Virus record (IMG/VR): IMGVR_UViG_3300029258_003973 | Length of the DNA: 61,488 bases | Reading direction: 5' to 3' (one strand) | Origin: an uncultured virus (IMG/VR IMGVR_UViG_3300029258_003973) | Taxonomy: Duplodnaviria; Heunggongvirae; Uroviricota; Caudoviricetes | Part shown: piece after piece, positions 9,298 through 19,540 of the stretch | How the letters are laid out: every line of letters starts with the position of its first letter | Numbering within the stretch: position 1 is the first letter of the stretch | Program-made: the position numbers and the translations under genes | Notes under the pieces: model-generated | Told to the model about the DNA's origin: nothing | Database searches by the model: none | The model's input: the letters and a program-made list of their open reading frames with translations, nothing else

Positions 9298-12053
9298 TCT
9301 GATTCCTCCTCTTCGTCGTCATCATCTGATTCCAGATCCATACTTCCTGTGTCTTCTTCATCATTCATTAGAAGGTCGTCAAAGCTAAGTGCTATCCTTC
9401 TAGGGTCTGCAAATGAGAATCTCTCGATGACGCTTTCTATTTCGTCCTGATACTTCCTCAGGTTTAGCTTAGTTTCTGGAGTCATTTCTGACTCTAGGGT
9501 ATATTGCTCCTTTGTTAGTGTATAGTAATACTCTATTGTATCGTCTACTTCTACAGTCTGTCCGTTCTTTTGCATTCTCTCTATTATATCCATTATGAAG
9601 TAGACCCCCTTCTTTCTATCTGCAGCCGGCTGCATAGATGTCAGGTGTTTGGCCACGGCCCTCAACTGGTCCTCATTCCTGCAGCTTCTCACAGAGGATT
9701 TCAGCTCCTTAGCTCTCTCCTTAGTACTCTTATCTGAACCACTGAATGCTAAGGAGATCCAGTCTATAGCGTTCTGTTTTAACTGAGGCATCCTACTCTT
9801 GGTTGGATCTATGTTCAAATTGAATATCGCTGCTTCAGCATTTCTATATCCCTTATACTCGGATAAATGCCTCTTCAGAGTCTTAGAGAACTTGAATGGT
9901 CCCCTTCCCTCCCTCTTATATACACCGTGAATGTCTCTAGCTTTAGCGAGAGCTTTCATGTACTCTTGTGGATCTGCAGATCTGAACATAATAGCATCAG
10001 CCATAACCCCTACTGCCCTATGCAATATTTCCGCCTTATCGTATCCCTTGAATGATGATCCCTTGGGATACAGCTTGGTTGGGTCAGAATCTTTCCTTAG
10101 TATATAGTTCTTACGTTTGTACATATAAACAGATCCCTCGTCCTCAAACTCAAGGAGAAAGTTCAGATCCTTTTCCGGTATACCAAAGAAGTCACTGGTT
10201 CTCTTTCTGATGATAGAGTTCAGTTTACCAATGTCTACCTCAATGTGGTTTCTATCAAGTAACAGGCCATCAGTGTCTATTTCTATAATGGCCTTCTTAC
10301 CAAACAGACGTACCATCTCAGTCATAGTCCATCGTCCCATAGATGTCACAAATATGGCTGCAGGGAGGTCAGCTATATCATAGTATCTATTACCCTGTAT
10401 ACCATAGAATGTGTTGTTTACTATCTTTGCTTCGGCCTGTATGGCATCATAGTTCATGTATAATCTTTTGATATTTGCATCATTAGTTTCTCTATACTCT
10501 TTCTGATATTCTTTGGCTCTCTTCTTAAACTCATCCCTTACGCCATTATAATGGTCTATCATTTTGCGTATAAATCCATCTGAAGAGAAGTCACATTCGA
10601 ATTTGAACACGGTTTCATAATTATCGTCTGGTACATATATGGTTCTGGAACTTACTGGACCGAACGATACAATACATGGGGTTATCTCCATCTTCTGATC
10701 TAGTGGCATTTGTATATTGGCATCTTCCGGAAGGCCCTCAAATTCTTCTGGCCATTTATCATACGGGATTTCTCCAGTAACCCTATACCTATCATATGAT
10801 ATATTGAAATCATGCATTATATTTGGGTACAGACTCTTAGCATCAAGATAAACTGTCTTATCGAAGTATCCTCTCCTATAGCAGTCCACTATTGCACCCT
10901 GATACTTATCGGCTTCTTTATAGAGATCCTCATACCTTTTCTCATTTCGGGTGAGAGCGAAATAACTGTTCTTCCTACACTCTCTGTATAGGGCTAGGTA
11001 TGACTTCTGCCCTGAGGACATTCTATGTACCATAGAGATAGGACAGGTAAGGAGGTTAGATGCAGCAACGAGTCTTGTCTCATAAATATCATACAGGAAT
11101 TCTGTAGCAGATATATCACTCTTAGCATATGTCATAAACCTCTCCGTATCATTTAAGAGAAGCTCATCCATGCTACTTTTCTCATCTGAGGATATATCAA
11201 ATACCGTACCACCATATGCAATAGTTACTGCTTTTAGCCCCTTGTTTGGTAGAGTAACCAGGTTCTGGTCCGTTTTCACATGTACAAATAGATCGAGGTT
11301 GGGGAGCCCAGGTGAAAACTCTATATCCTCTCTATCATTCATGCCACTGAATGTCCACCTTGGGTAGCTTATAGTCCCCCTTCTCCCAAATTCATCTACG
11401 GGCCCTCTACCCATTGCGACCATGGCCTTTGATAGCTCCGGTGCGTATTTAGAGTTCAGCCTTACTCTAGTCTTTATATATGGAGTATCAAACTTATTAA
11501 TGAAATACCCAACCACGAAGTCCGGGCTCTTACCGCTTGGGCTGACTGTCATGTAATCCAGGGTTTCCATTAGCATATCTACCTCGGACTCCCTGGTCAT
11601 TTTCCTATTTAGGAAAACCTTTGTATCATGATCACGGTACTTCAGTTGTATTGAAAGTATCTGGTCCCTCTCCGCCTTGGAGAAATGAGTATCCGTTGAC
11701 ATAGTTTCTATGTCTAGGAATATTGGGTAAGGGTCTATAGAGTTATCTAAGAGCTCTCTCACCTTATCTGGATGTTCCTTTATCAGCTCCAGAACATAAT
11801 CCATGGTGAGTCTGGCTACCTTTGTACCCGCCCCTGCTGAAGCTGGTATAGTATCGAACTCCTCTTTGTTAATATACGCGGATCCGCCACCAACCAGTTT
11901 TACAAACTGGGCGCCTTCTACAGTATCACTTGCCTCTACTATCCTAAAGGGTTTTACAGGTAATGGGATAATCTTGAAGGTACCTCCCCCACTACAGTAT
12001 AGTCTATTCTGTCCTACTACTCCTAGCGTTACAGGTACCTCTAATGCTCCCAT
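9273..12053 (-). CDS. polB: family B DNA polymerase with 3'-5' exonuclease
   Basis: ExoI LDIET, ExoII YFINKFDTPY, ExoIII YAKSD; motif A DAKSLYPNIM, motif B KIVNNTFYG, motif C EIDTDG; KRKNY. Confidence 0.95.
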   Translation of the reverse strand: MGALEVPVTLGVVGQNRLYCSGGGTFKIIPLPVKPFRIVEASDTVEGAQFVKLVGGGSAYINKEEFDTIPASAGAGTKVARLTMDYVLELIKEHPDKVRELLDNSIDPYPIFLDIETMSTDTHFSKAERDQILSIQLKYRDHDTKVFLNRKMTRESEVDMLMETLDYMTVSPSGKSPDFVVGYFINKFDTPYIKTRVRLNSKYAPELSKAMVAMGRGPVDEFGRRGTISYPRWTFSGMNDREDIEFSPGLPNLDLFVHVKTDQNLVTLPNKGLKAVTIAYGGTVFDISSDEKSSMDELLLNDTERFMTYAKSDISATEFLYDIYETRLVAASNLLTCPISMVHRMSSGQKSYLALYRECRKNSYFALTRNEKRYEDLYKEADKYQGAIVDCYRRGYFDKTVYLDAKSLYPNIMHDFNISYDRYRVTGEIPYDKWPEEFEGLPEDANIQMPLDQKMEITPCIVSFGPVSSRTIYVPDDNYETVFKFECDFSSDGFIRKMIDHYNGVRDEFKKRAKEYQKEYRETNDANIKRLYMNYDAIQAEAKIVNNTFYGIQGNRYYDIADLPAAIFVTSMGRWTMTEMVRLFGKKAIIEIDTDGLLLDRNHIEVDIGKLNSIIRKRTSDFFGIPEKDLNFLLEFEDEGSVYMYKRKNYILRKDSDPTKLYPKGSSFKGYDKAEILHRAVGVMADAIMFRSADPQEYMKALAKARDIHGVYKREGRGPFKFSKTLKRHLSEYKGYRNAEAAIFNLNIDPTKSRMPQLKQNAIDWISLAFSGSDKSTKERAKELKSSVRSCRNEDQLRAVAKHLTSMQPAADRKKGVYFIMDIIERMQKNGQTVEVDDTIEYYYTLTKEQYTLESEMTPETKLNLRKYQDEIESVIERFSFADPRRIALSFDDLLMNDEEDTGSMDLESDDDDEEEESEWMEEPQE

Positions 12054-12056
12054 TCC

Positions 12057-12605
12057 CTATTCCTCCTCTATCTGTTCCTCCGGTAACTCCCTGGTGTTCT
12101 CTGTGAGTTCCCTCCTGCTCCTCTCACTTTTTAACCTATGGATCTCCCTTGTCAAGGATTTGTTCAGAAATTCCACGAGTGAGGGATCTGTGATAGGGTC
12201 ACCCGTCTCCAGATCAATTATTGATCTTTGCGCTCTCTGATCTGGATCATGCCCGTAAGTAATATCCTTTGTTGCAACCATTTCATACGTGATATTATTG
12301 TACTCTACTATATGACGATAGGTCACAAACGACTTTGTGAATGTAGGAAGCTTATCGGGGTCTGGGTTATTTCCCCTCTGAGAATATAGTAAATTGTTCA
12401 AGGGAATATCAAACACGTTTGCTATCCTTTCCAGAAGAATCACGTTGAGGCTCTCTATCTCGCCTCTCTCATAATGGCAGATACATGACCCTGATACACC
12501 AATGAGTTCGCCAAGTCTTTCTTGAGTAAGGTTTGCTTCTACGCGAGATGATGCTATGCGGCTACCCACCGCAAGTGGATTGATACGGTTCATACTTTCC
12601 TCCAA
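12057..12605 (-). CDS. XRE-family HTH transcriptional regulator
   Basis: LTQERLGELIGVSGSCICHYERG; likely start ATG 12593. Confidence 0.85.
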   Translation of the reverse strand: MEESMNRINPLAVGSRIASSRVEANLTQERLGELIGVSGSCICHYERGEIESLNVILLERIANVFDIPLNNLLYSQRGNNPDPDKLPTFTKSFVTYRHIVEYNNITYEMVATKDITYGHDPDQRAQRSIIDLETGDPITDPSLVEFLNKSLTREIHRLKSERSRRELTENTRELPEEQIEEE

Positions 12606-12639
12606 AACGTTAGTATATTGATATTTAGTTGAGACTTAC

Positions 12640-13182
12640 TTACTTAAACAAGGACCACCACTCCTCCTTCCATTCTCCAGCTATGGACCTTTTACCTGTT
12701 AGATAATGGTTGTAGTGCTTCTGCTTTCTTCCTTCGTATACATACTCTCCGAGTATATTCGGTATCCATGATATTGGTACTAGTTTCTTCGAAATGGTAT
12801 AGTTAGTAGAATTGTGACATGTTGTCTGTATATAAAACGCTGACCCGAACTCCTCTATTATAAGAACCCAATCCCCTCCAAATGTAACAACACCAGGACG
12901 AGTGGTAGAAATATATCGCCTTACAATATTTCCGTTTCCAGAGTATAAGGTGGTTTCATAACAGTACGCGCATATTCTATCTATGTTGGTCTCTGACACT
13001 TTAGATGTATCAAGACCTATTTCTACGGTACTGTCCCCTGTTATTATTTCCTCTTTAGGATGGTCACTGTCACACGTAGGCTTCGATGATACGATTAGGA
13101 TTATACATGCCACTATAGATGAAATAATCCCAATTATGAGAAAGCATGCTACCAAGTCTGAATTCCTTGATGGTCTTTTCAT
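12640..13182 (-). CDS. membrane-anchored hypothetical protein
   Basis: N-terminal hydrophobic helix. Confidence 0.65.
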   Translation of the reverse strand: MKRPSRNSDLVACFLIIGIISSIVACIILIVSSKPTCDSDHPKEEIITGDSTVEIGLDTSKVSETNIDRICAYCYETTLYSGNGNIVRRYISTTRPGVVTFGGDWVLIIEEFGSAFYIQTTCHNSTNYTISKKLVPISWIPNILGEYVYEGRKQKHYNHYLTGKRSIAGEWKEEWWSLFK

Positions 13183-13191
13183 ATGTCCCCC

Positions 13192-13779
13192 TTAGTATCT
13201 TGCCCATGACCTTATCTTTGCATCGGGAATTAGTGTTTCCCTCATGGTCTGGTCTGGGTACGTTATTGCCAAGCTTTCCAGAATAGCAATTATATAGGGC
13301 CCGTTGAAGTATGCTATGTTGCCGGCGTTGTACAGCTTTGCTGCAAGTATAACGTTTCCGTTAGCTGCATTTAGACAATCTCTTAATATTAAAGTACCTG
13401 CAAATACGTTTACGTTTGGCTTGAAAAGGTCCCTTATCCTTGGGGTATCCCCTCTCCTAGACACTATACGCTTATACATATATGGCATTACTTGCATCAG
13501 CCCTCTAGCATCTGACCTGGATACTGCCTTAGGGTTCCCCCAGGATTCTGCGTCTACAAATGCACATATTATTCCTGGCTTTACGTCAAACATCTTACCC
13601 TTCCACCATACTGTTTCAAACAAGCTTGGGGTTAGCCACTTATACTGAATCTTCAACTGTACATATTTATGAACGTATGCAGAACGATCCACGTTCAGGG
13701 AACCTGGGCTAGCTACGCTAAAATACAGGAAGACTACTGTTAATACTACTACAATCCAGTACCTATCTGACCTGCACAT
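13192..13779 (-). CDS. lytic transglycosylase (SLT domain) with N-terminal signal/anchor
   Basis: AES...AVS...ARGLMQVMP...YNAG motifs. Confidence 0.9.
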   Translation of the reverse strand: MCRSDRYWIVVVLTVVFLYFSVASPGSLNVDRSAYVHKYVQLKIQYKWLTPSLFETVWWKGKMFDVKPGIICAFVDAESWGNPKAVSRSDARGLMQVMPYMYKRIVSRRGDTPRIRDLFKPNVNVFAGTLILRDCLNAANGNVILAAKLYNAGNIAYFNGPYIIAILESLAITYPDQTMRETLIPDAKIRSWARY

Positions 13780-15749
13780 GTTTCTCCTCCAGCGGAAGTT
13801 GCCGTTGGGACGGGAGTTTCCAGATCTGTGGTTTCTTCTGTACTGTAGAAATGCCTGCGCTCATATTCCCATCTTCTTACTTTGTTCCAATCTGATACAT
13901 TTGTTATGAAGCCGACTACTCTTGTCATATTAGTGACAATAGGTTTGTTACACGTATGACATAGACTCACTTTTCCTACATTTATATGTCCATCTTCACA
14001 TAACGCTATATTTAGGTTTACAGCGTAATAGAGTGCTCCTGCTTTTGTTGACGCTCTTATGATTGACTTCATCTGTTCCTTGTTGTTTAACCGGTGGTCC
14101 ATATTTATGTGCATAATACATCCACCCTGGGCTCTTGAATCGAATCTCCCCTGTAGTACCATCCTTGTATATATATCGGCATTATCTATGAGCGGTACGA
14201 ACTGATTAGAATAGAGGGTATATGGGTTCTGGAAACTAGGAAATATCATCTTGTCAGCTTCACAAAGCTTTATGGCTGCTTGCTCAGCAGGAATCAGCTC
14301 CAAGTTGAATCTCCTCTTGTCGTTGTAATCTTTCTCCTCTCTCATATTGAGGTCGTTTATAAGATCCATACACTCTATCATGAAGGTTGATCCTTCGTCT
14401 GTTGTAATGTCCATATCCATGAACTTACAGGCCTCATACGGGCCTATCAATCCTACAGTAGAGTACTGAAAGTCCAGGTTCATCCATCCATATACATATA
14501 ATGGCAGTCTTCCTATCTCTATGAGATCTCTTATAAGGCGCCGATGCGCATTTAGCACGGCATGGGTTATCTTAACTCTCTTTGCGAGTAGTTCCATAAA
14601 CGCCTCTTTATTGCACCCCGCTTCAATAGCCACCCTCGGAAGATTGATAGTACATACCCTATGGCTACCCACGCTGATACTCCCAGTCCCCAGACTGTTA
14701 GTATGCTCCCGTACAAGTTCAGATCTGAGTCTGCAGCATGAGCTAAGGCAGGTAGCAGGCCCAGTATACAAGTTCAAGAAACCGTACGGTAGATTTGCTT
14801 CAGATACATAATCAAGAAACTCCTCGTCCAGTATTTTCCCATCTTCAGCAACAAGGTTTGCCGTCATAACTGGGAATGTGAAAATCTGCTTCTCTGATTC
14901 CTTGTTGAACCAGTTCATGAACATCTTTTGGATGACCATTACACTGTCGTAGTTTATTCCACTGCCATCCGGATATACCATTAGGGAGAACAGTTCCCTA
15001 AGGAAGTGCATATCATATATCGACATGTTCGAAAATGCACTCTGTGCTCCCCTAAACGAGAAGTTCAGGGAATACACAAGGTTCTGAAAACCTTGCTCTA
15101 TAATCTCAACTTTCTTGGGATCCTCCCAGTAGTTTTCACCAAAGTCCTTCCGAGCAAAGTAATCAAGATATATGAGCAAATTAGGGTAAGATACCGCACC
15201 AGCTATCTGGTTGCTTATAAATGCTGTGGCTTGGACTACAAGGTTTATCATTGTAGAGAAATGTCTTGGGGGGCCTATCTTTATCTTGGTAACAAATGGC
15301 ATGCCTTCTGATACAAGGGGAGCAAGATCGAAAGAGTAACAATACGCCTTATGGGCAAAATGAGAATCATTCAAGTATAATGAGCAATTTATGATACTTC
15401 TTATAGCTTCGTTTGCTACCCCCAGGGCCCCAGAAAGATTTCCACTATCAGACTCATTCTTCAGTATGTATGTCCATATCATATGTAACGCATTTAGCTT
15501 ACTTTCTGCTTTTGCTACCTCATGATCAAACGATACAACACTTCTATCATCCACGTTTGCATTACCATCTACCGATTGGTCAGCTATGGCAGTGGTAGCA
15601 TCTCCGAACAAGAATTCCCTTGTGAACTTTGCCACGTCAAGTTGAGAAGGATGTACTCCTGAGAAAGACAGGATATCATCACCATATTCCTTACGTATCT
15701 TCTCTATTAGTTTGTCGAACCTCTGATCGTGACTGTGCTTTATTTCCAT
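13749..15749 (-). CDS. nrdD: anaerobic (class III) ribonucleotide reductase
   Basis: SSCCRL catalytic loop, TINLPR, C-terminal metal site and glycyl-radical TRVVGF. Confidence 0.95.
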   Translation of the reverse strand: MEIKHSHDQRFDKLIEKIRKEYGDDILSFSGVHPSQLDVAKFTREFLFGDATTAIADQSVDGNANVDDRSVVSFDHEVAKAESKLNALHMIWTYILKNESDSGNLSGALGVANEAIRSIINCSLYLNDSHFAHKAYCYSFDLAPLVSEGMPFVTKIKIGPPRHFSTMINLVVQATAFISNQIAGAVSYPNLLIYLDYFARKDFGENYWEDPKKVEIIEQGFQNLVYSLNFSFRGAQSAFSNMSIYDMHFLRELFSLMVYPDGSGINYDSVMVIQKMFMNWFNKESEKQIFTFPVMTANLVAEDGKILDEEFLDYVSEANLPYGFLNLYTGPATCLSSCCRLRSELVREHTNSLGTGSISVGSHRVCTINLPRVAIEAGCNKEAFMELLAKRVKITHAVLNAHRRLIRDLIEIGRLPLYVYGWMNLDFQYSTVGLIGPYEACKFMDMDITTDEGSTFMIECMDLINDLNMREEKDYNDKRRFNLELIPAEQAAIKLCEADKMIFPSFQNPYTLYSNQFVPLIDNADIYTRMVLQGRFDSRAQGGCIMHINMDHRLNNKEQMKSIIRASTKAGALYYAVNLNIALCEDGHINVGKVSLCHTCNKPIVTNMTRVVGFITNVSDWNKVRRWEYERRHFYSTEETTDLETPVPTATSAGGETCAGQIGTGL

Positions 15750-15762
15750 TACCTACTCCTTC

Positions 15763-16305
15763 TCACTGTATATAACTGTTGAAGAACTCACTGTGGCTCT
15801 TCTCTATGTATTTGTATGGTGAGCTTTCACCTATCCTGACATAGAACCTCTTGTTCTCGTGCCATTCCCCACTGACGTAGGGCCCGGCTATGATCCATGT
15901 AGGGGCTCCATATTTCTTCCGCGCCTTCTCCATTGAATACCCTGTGTATAGCACAGAAACTAACCCTTTCTCATCAGCAAATCTTAATAATGCATTTACA
16001 GCCTCGATCTTCTCGTGATTATCAGTACCAAGGATACATATCCCGTTTATCAGCCCGGATTCTTGTCTCTCTTCTATGAATGAGAGCACATCCTTTATGT
16101 AAGTATGATCCTCTTGCTTAACTTCATATAAATCCTTGGAGTGACAGAGTTCACATCCATTGTCACATGGACCCGAGAAATGTATGTTGACAGTGGTGTA
16201 TGGGCTTTCCAAACACGAAACATCCATATGTCGGATGTTGGCTATTATACCACCATCAGAAGGGGTATGCAAATCGTATTCCATAGCCAACTCCTCTGTC
16301 TTCAA
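15763..16305 (-). CDS. nrdG: NrdD-activating radical SAM protein
   Basis: CDNGCELC cluster motif, LYTGY; adjacent to nrdD; probable start ATG 16284. Confidence 0.85.
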   Translation of the reverse strand: MKTEELAMEYDLHTPSDGGIIANIRHMDVSCLESPYTTVNIHFSGPCDNGCELCHSKDLYEVKQEDHTYIKDVLSFIEERQESGLINGICILGTDNHEKIEAVNALLRFADEKGLVSVLYTGYSMEKARKKYGAPTWIIAGPYVSGEWHENKRFYVRIGESSPYKYIEKSHSEFFNSYIQ

Positions 16306-16343
16306 ATGTCAATTAAAATGAGTTCTAGAGTACCAGTGGTTTT

Positions 16344-16799
16344 CTACAGCCCGGTACTACCATAGCCCTTCTCACCTCTAGTGGTGCTAGATAGGGTGCT
16401 TTCTAGGAAGTTCATCTTCTCTACTTTAGTACAAACCAATTGAGCTATCTTCATATTGGGCTTTACTATAAACTCCTGGGATGAATGATTCACTAATATT
16501 ACCCCTATTTCTCCTCTATACGATGAGTCCACTGTACCGGGGGTATTCAGGACGGTTATCCCATTCTTAAGTGCTAGTCCAGATCTTGGCCTTACCTGTA
16601 TCTCATATCCACTCGGGATCTCCGCTCTTATACCAGTTGGTATAAGAGCAACCATGCCTGGGCCTATTCTAACATCATCTCCTACGTGAGCGAAGACGTC
16701 AGCACCGGAGCACCCGTCATCAGCGTACTCCGGTACTGCGGCCGCAGGCTCACATTGAATCTTGATATCTACAACTTTTGCAATGTGCTCCCTTTCCAT
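16344..16799 (-). CDS. dut: trimeric dUTPase
   Basis: GAD, RPRSGLA, GTVDSSYRGEI, IAQL, RGEKGYGSTG. Confidence 0.97.
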   Translation of the reverse strand: MEREHIAKVVDIKIQCEPAAAVPEYADDGCSGADVFAHVGDDVRIGPGMVALIPTGIRAEIPSGYEIQVRPRSGLALKNGITVLNTPGTVDSSYRGEIGVILVNHSSQEFIVKPNMKIAQLVCTKVEKMNFLESTLSSTTRGEKGYGSTGL

Positions 16800-16804
16800 G
16801 TCCT

Positions 16805-17038
16805 CTACCTCTTCGTCTTCCTAGTACGGATGGAGCCGGCTAGTACATTGCTGGCTACCCTCAGAACATGTTTCCTGGCATCACTGGCGCGTGTGGGCAG
16901 GTCTGTCATTATCCTTTTCCGTATTGTAGCATCCATGCTATCCCATGCCTTTTCTACCTTGACACGAACCTGACCAACGTCAGTTTTCCTGCCCCTTTTA
17001 CCGGTACCTGCCGAAGATTCTCTTACAGTCCTCTTCAT
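16805..17038 (-). CDS. small basic hypothetical protein
   Basis: K/R-rich 77 aa; AGGAGG SD. Confidence 0.6.
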   Translation of the reverse strand: MKRTVRESSAGTGKRGRKTDVGQVRVKVEKAWDSMDATIRKRIMTDLPTRASDARKHVLRVASNVLAGSIRTRKTKR

Positions 17039-17057
17039 TTGTTCCGATCCTCCTTTG

Positions 17058-17375
17058 TTATATTTCCAGCTTACGATACGTGTCTTCCTCTAGCTTGAAA
17101 ACTTCCTGATGCGGGTCGTATGTAGGTCCATAATCTTCAGATATAACCTTCAGGGATTTCAACACTGCTATGGAATCAGTCTCGCTATCTGGAGTACTTC
17201 CTCTAACTATTTGCAGCACATATGTGTATGAATCACTCATGATTGCTTCATAGAGCTGCCTTCTGTCTTCTGAGTATGCCATATTTACATCTACCCAATC
17301 TTTCAATTGCAACTTGGTCTCGAACTGGTAAATCAGCCCCGAGAAACACAGCCTTAGTGGCGGTTTCCTATTCAC
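17058..17375 (-). CDS. hypothetical protein
   Basis: GGAGG SD, GTG start. Confidence 0.6.
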   Translation of the reverse strand: MNRKPPLRLCFSGLIYQFETKLQLKDWVDVNMAYSEDRRQLYEAIMSDSYTYVLQIVRGSTPDSETDSIAVLKSLKVISEDYGPTYDPHQEVFKLEEDTYRKLEI

Positions 17376-17383
17376 ATTCCCTC

Positions 17384-18556
17384 CTATTTCACCCTGAGAT
17401 ACGGGGTTCTCGAGCTTCTTTCTCTATAATTATCCAGCTTCTTTCTTATATCTGCTGGAACGCTTTCTCTACTCAGCTTCTGCGGAAGAATATCAACTAT
17501 GAAATTAGTTATCTCATTCTCCAAGTACTGTGTATCTACCATTCCCTTAAACGGAGTACCCTTCAGCATCTTGTTAGCTCTCTCAGACACGTACTTTCTA
17601 GCTACTCTCTCGGTGTCATATGTTTCAACAGTTTGTTGTACACGAGTAAGATACTCATCTATTACTTCCCTGGCACATATCTCTTCGTCAGGCTCTGATG
17701 GATTCCTCTCATACCTATCCATAAGAGACCGGTTTATGGCCTTTATCCTGTCCTCGTTCATCTTCCGGAACTCTTCCCTCTCTATCTTCTCCCTGATAAG
17801 ATCCTCGGTTCTCATCTCTATAATATTTATAGGGTCAAAGTGGGGATTCCTGTATATATGATAGGGGATGCATATTCCTACCATAAAACACAGGTTGCAA
17901 TTACCCGGAGTATGGGTAATCTTCGTTACATCCTTGTGGGTTTCCCAGTCTGATATGAGCTTCTTTACAGCCTTGAATCGGCTTATCAAATAGTTCTCGT
18001 GTCTTTCCAGATCCGACCTGGTTAACGCATACCTGAATACCTGGTTTGCTCTGACATAGTCTATTAATATCTCTATTTTGTCAGGGTCTACTCCTTTATC
18101 TTTCCATAGCATATAGGCATAGCTCATTATCTGCCGCCTGTCCAAGTCCGGGTAGCAGAATACGGAAGTCTTGTAATCCACTACCAGAATTCTTCCGTCA
18201 CCAAGGTCTACAACTCTATCCGGGATACCTATGATAGTACCAAAGTCCCTCACATCTATGCTCATATATTCCTCTTTGATACTTGGCAAGTTATAGTAAT
18301 CCCTCTTCTTCAGTATAGTAGCAAAGTCTTTTAGGGTTTCTACATTCTTCTTATTGTCGTAAGCTAACATCTCCTCTTCTACGTCTTTGTCAAACTCATA
18401 CTCTGCCAGCTTGTGAAACTTTCTTCCTATGTGAACTGTATCAAGGGCCTTTTGTGTATCTACCCGTGGTAATATTAGCCTGGAGAACAAGTACCCTGCT
18501 CTACAGTCTTCAAACGACTTTATTCCACTAGGAGATAACTTTATATCGTTACTCAT
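17384..18556 (-). CDS. PD-(D/E)XK Cas4/AddB-like exonuclease
   Basis: LSPS..C, GRKFH, GIPDRV, VVDYKT, QIMSY, C-terminal CNLC...C iron-staple cysteines. Confidence 0.85.
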   Translation of the reverse strand: MSNDIKLSPSGIKSFEDCRAGYLFSRLILPRVDTQKALDTVHIGRKFHKLAEYEFDKDVEEEMLAYDNKKNVETLKDFATILKKRDYYNLPSIKEEYMSIDVRDFGTIIGIPDRVVDLGDGRILVVDYKTSVFCYPDLDRRQIMSYAYMLWKDKGVDPDKIEILIDYVRANQVFRYALTRSDLERHENYLISRFKAVKKLISDWETHKDVTKITHTPGNCNLCFMVGICIPYHIYRNPHFDPINIIEMRTEDLIREKIEREEFRKMNEDRIKAINRSLMDRYERNPSEPDEEICAREVIDEYLTRVQQTVETYDTERVARKYVSERANKMLKGTPFKGMVDTQYLENEITNFIVDILPQKLSRESVPADIRKKLDNYRERSSRTPYLRVK

Positions 18557-18920
18557 GATCTCTTCTCCTCTTGTTCTCTATATGACTCCGATATATGTCT
18601 GCAAAGTCACCCAGCTTTATAACACAATATACTTCTCCATCTGCGTCAGCCTTAAACATGGCTGCTACTCTCCCGAGTCTTAAGGCTGCCGACTCTGTTT
18701 TCCAGAAATCCTTCTTCTTTATCGTTACACTACCCGAGGTCTTTTCGGTGTACTTGCATTCCGAGAGCAGCTGGGAGTAAGTTGAGTCTAGGCCCCGGTC
18801 TCTTCCTTTACCATCTCCATCTCCTGCTACACTACCTGAGCCCTTTGTGTCATCTAACCCAAGTGTCTGATTTACTAAGTCCTCAAGTTGATCGAAGCTT
18901 CTAGCTTTAGGTACCCTCAT
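18549..18920 (-). CDS. PD-(D/E)XK nuclease, putative Holliday junction resolvase
   Basis: GSG...GDG...ECKYT pattern, ~120 aa. Confidence 0.6.
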   Translation of the reverse strand: MRVPKARSFDQLEDLVNQTLGLDDTKGSGSVAGDGDGKGRDRGLDSTYSQLLSECKYTEKTSGSVTIKKKDFWKTESAALRLGRVAAMFKADADGEVYCVIKLGDFADIYRSHIENKRRRDHE

Positions 18921-19239
18921 TTCTACATCCTTCCGGTTCACGCAGCTCGTATATGCTCACATTTATAGTGCAATTCTCGTAGTCTATGCTGACATCTATC
19001 CTCACTAGGTTGTCTTCTGGGTTGCATCCCACTTCCTTACACATTTCTTCCAGTAACGTATCTATCAACTGTCCGATTGCGAATTTAGTGGCCGGCTTGT
19101 TTTCACTAACTACAAAATGTTCTAGTACGTTAGCTACCCTGGTCTTCAGAGTGTTCTCGAACCCCTGCAGCCTCATTACCTCCGTCATGTTTGGGCGCTT
19201 CCCCGGTGGGTATGCCCTCTTCCTTAATGTCCTCAACAT
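18907..19239 (-). CDS. hypothetical protein
   Basis: ORF; true start may be an internal Met. Confidence 0.55.
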   Translation of the reverse strand: MLRTLRKRAYPPGKRPNMTEVMRLQGFENTLKTRVANVLEHFVVSENKPATKFAIGQLIDTLLEEMCKEVGCNPEDNLVRIDVSIDYENCTINVSIYELREPEGCRNEGT

Positions 19240-19540
19240 CTTTCTTCTCCCTACTCATGACCTTAGAAAGCCAAGACGGTGTTTTCTTTCTATCTTCTTT
19301 GGATCTCTTAAAGAATTCCTTGAAGCTGAACTTAGCCAAAGAGTTATTGAGAACCATACTTGAATGCTTATCGGCCATTGCTTTTGTCCATGGGGATGAT
19401 ATTTGCGCCAACTCAGCTCTGCGCTTCTGTCGTTTCATTATATCAATCGCCTCCATTCTGATCCTCTCGGCCTTTCTCTTCTTTGCTCTCCTCTGACGAT
19501 TTCTAGCTAGCTTCTTATGCCTTAGCGTTTCATTCCTCAT
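19130..19540 (-). CDS. basic hypothetical protein
   Basis: K/R-rich N-terminus; coupled to upstream stop. Confidence 0.55.
   Translation of the reverse strand: MRNETLRHKKLARNRQRRAKKRKAERIRMEAIDIMKRQKRRAELAQISSPWTKAMADKHSSMVLNNSLAKFSFKEFFKRSKEDRKKTPSWLSKVMSREKKDVEDIKEEGIPTGEAPKHDGGNEAAGVREHSEDQGS

Noticed and set aside
9273..15749. Inteins or introns in PolB/NrdD
   Set aside because: Lengths are normal and I saw no splice-junction or homing-endonuclease motifs
17384..18556. CRISPR-Cas system suggested by the Cas4-like nuclease
   Set aside because: No repeat-spacer array or other cas genes seen; standalone Cas4-like nucleases are common in phage recombination modules
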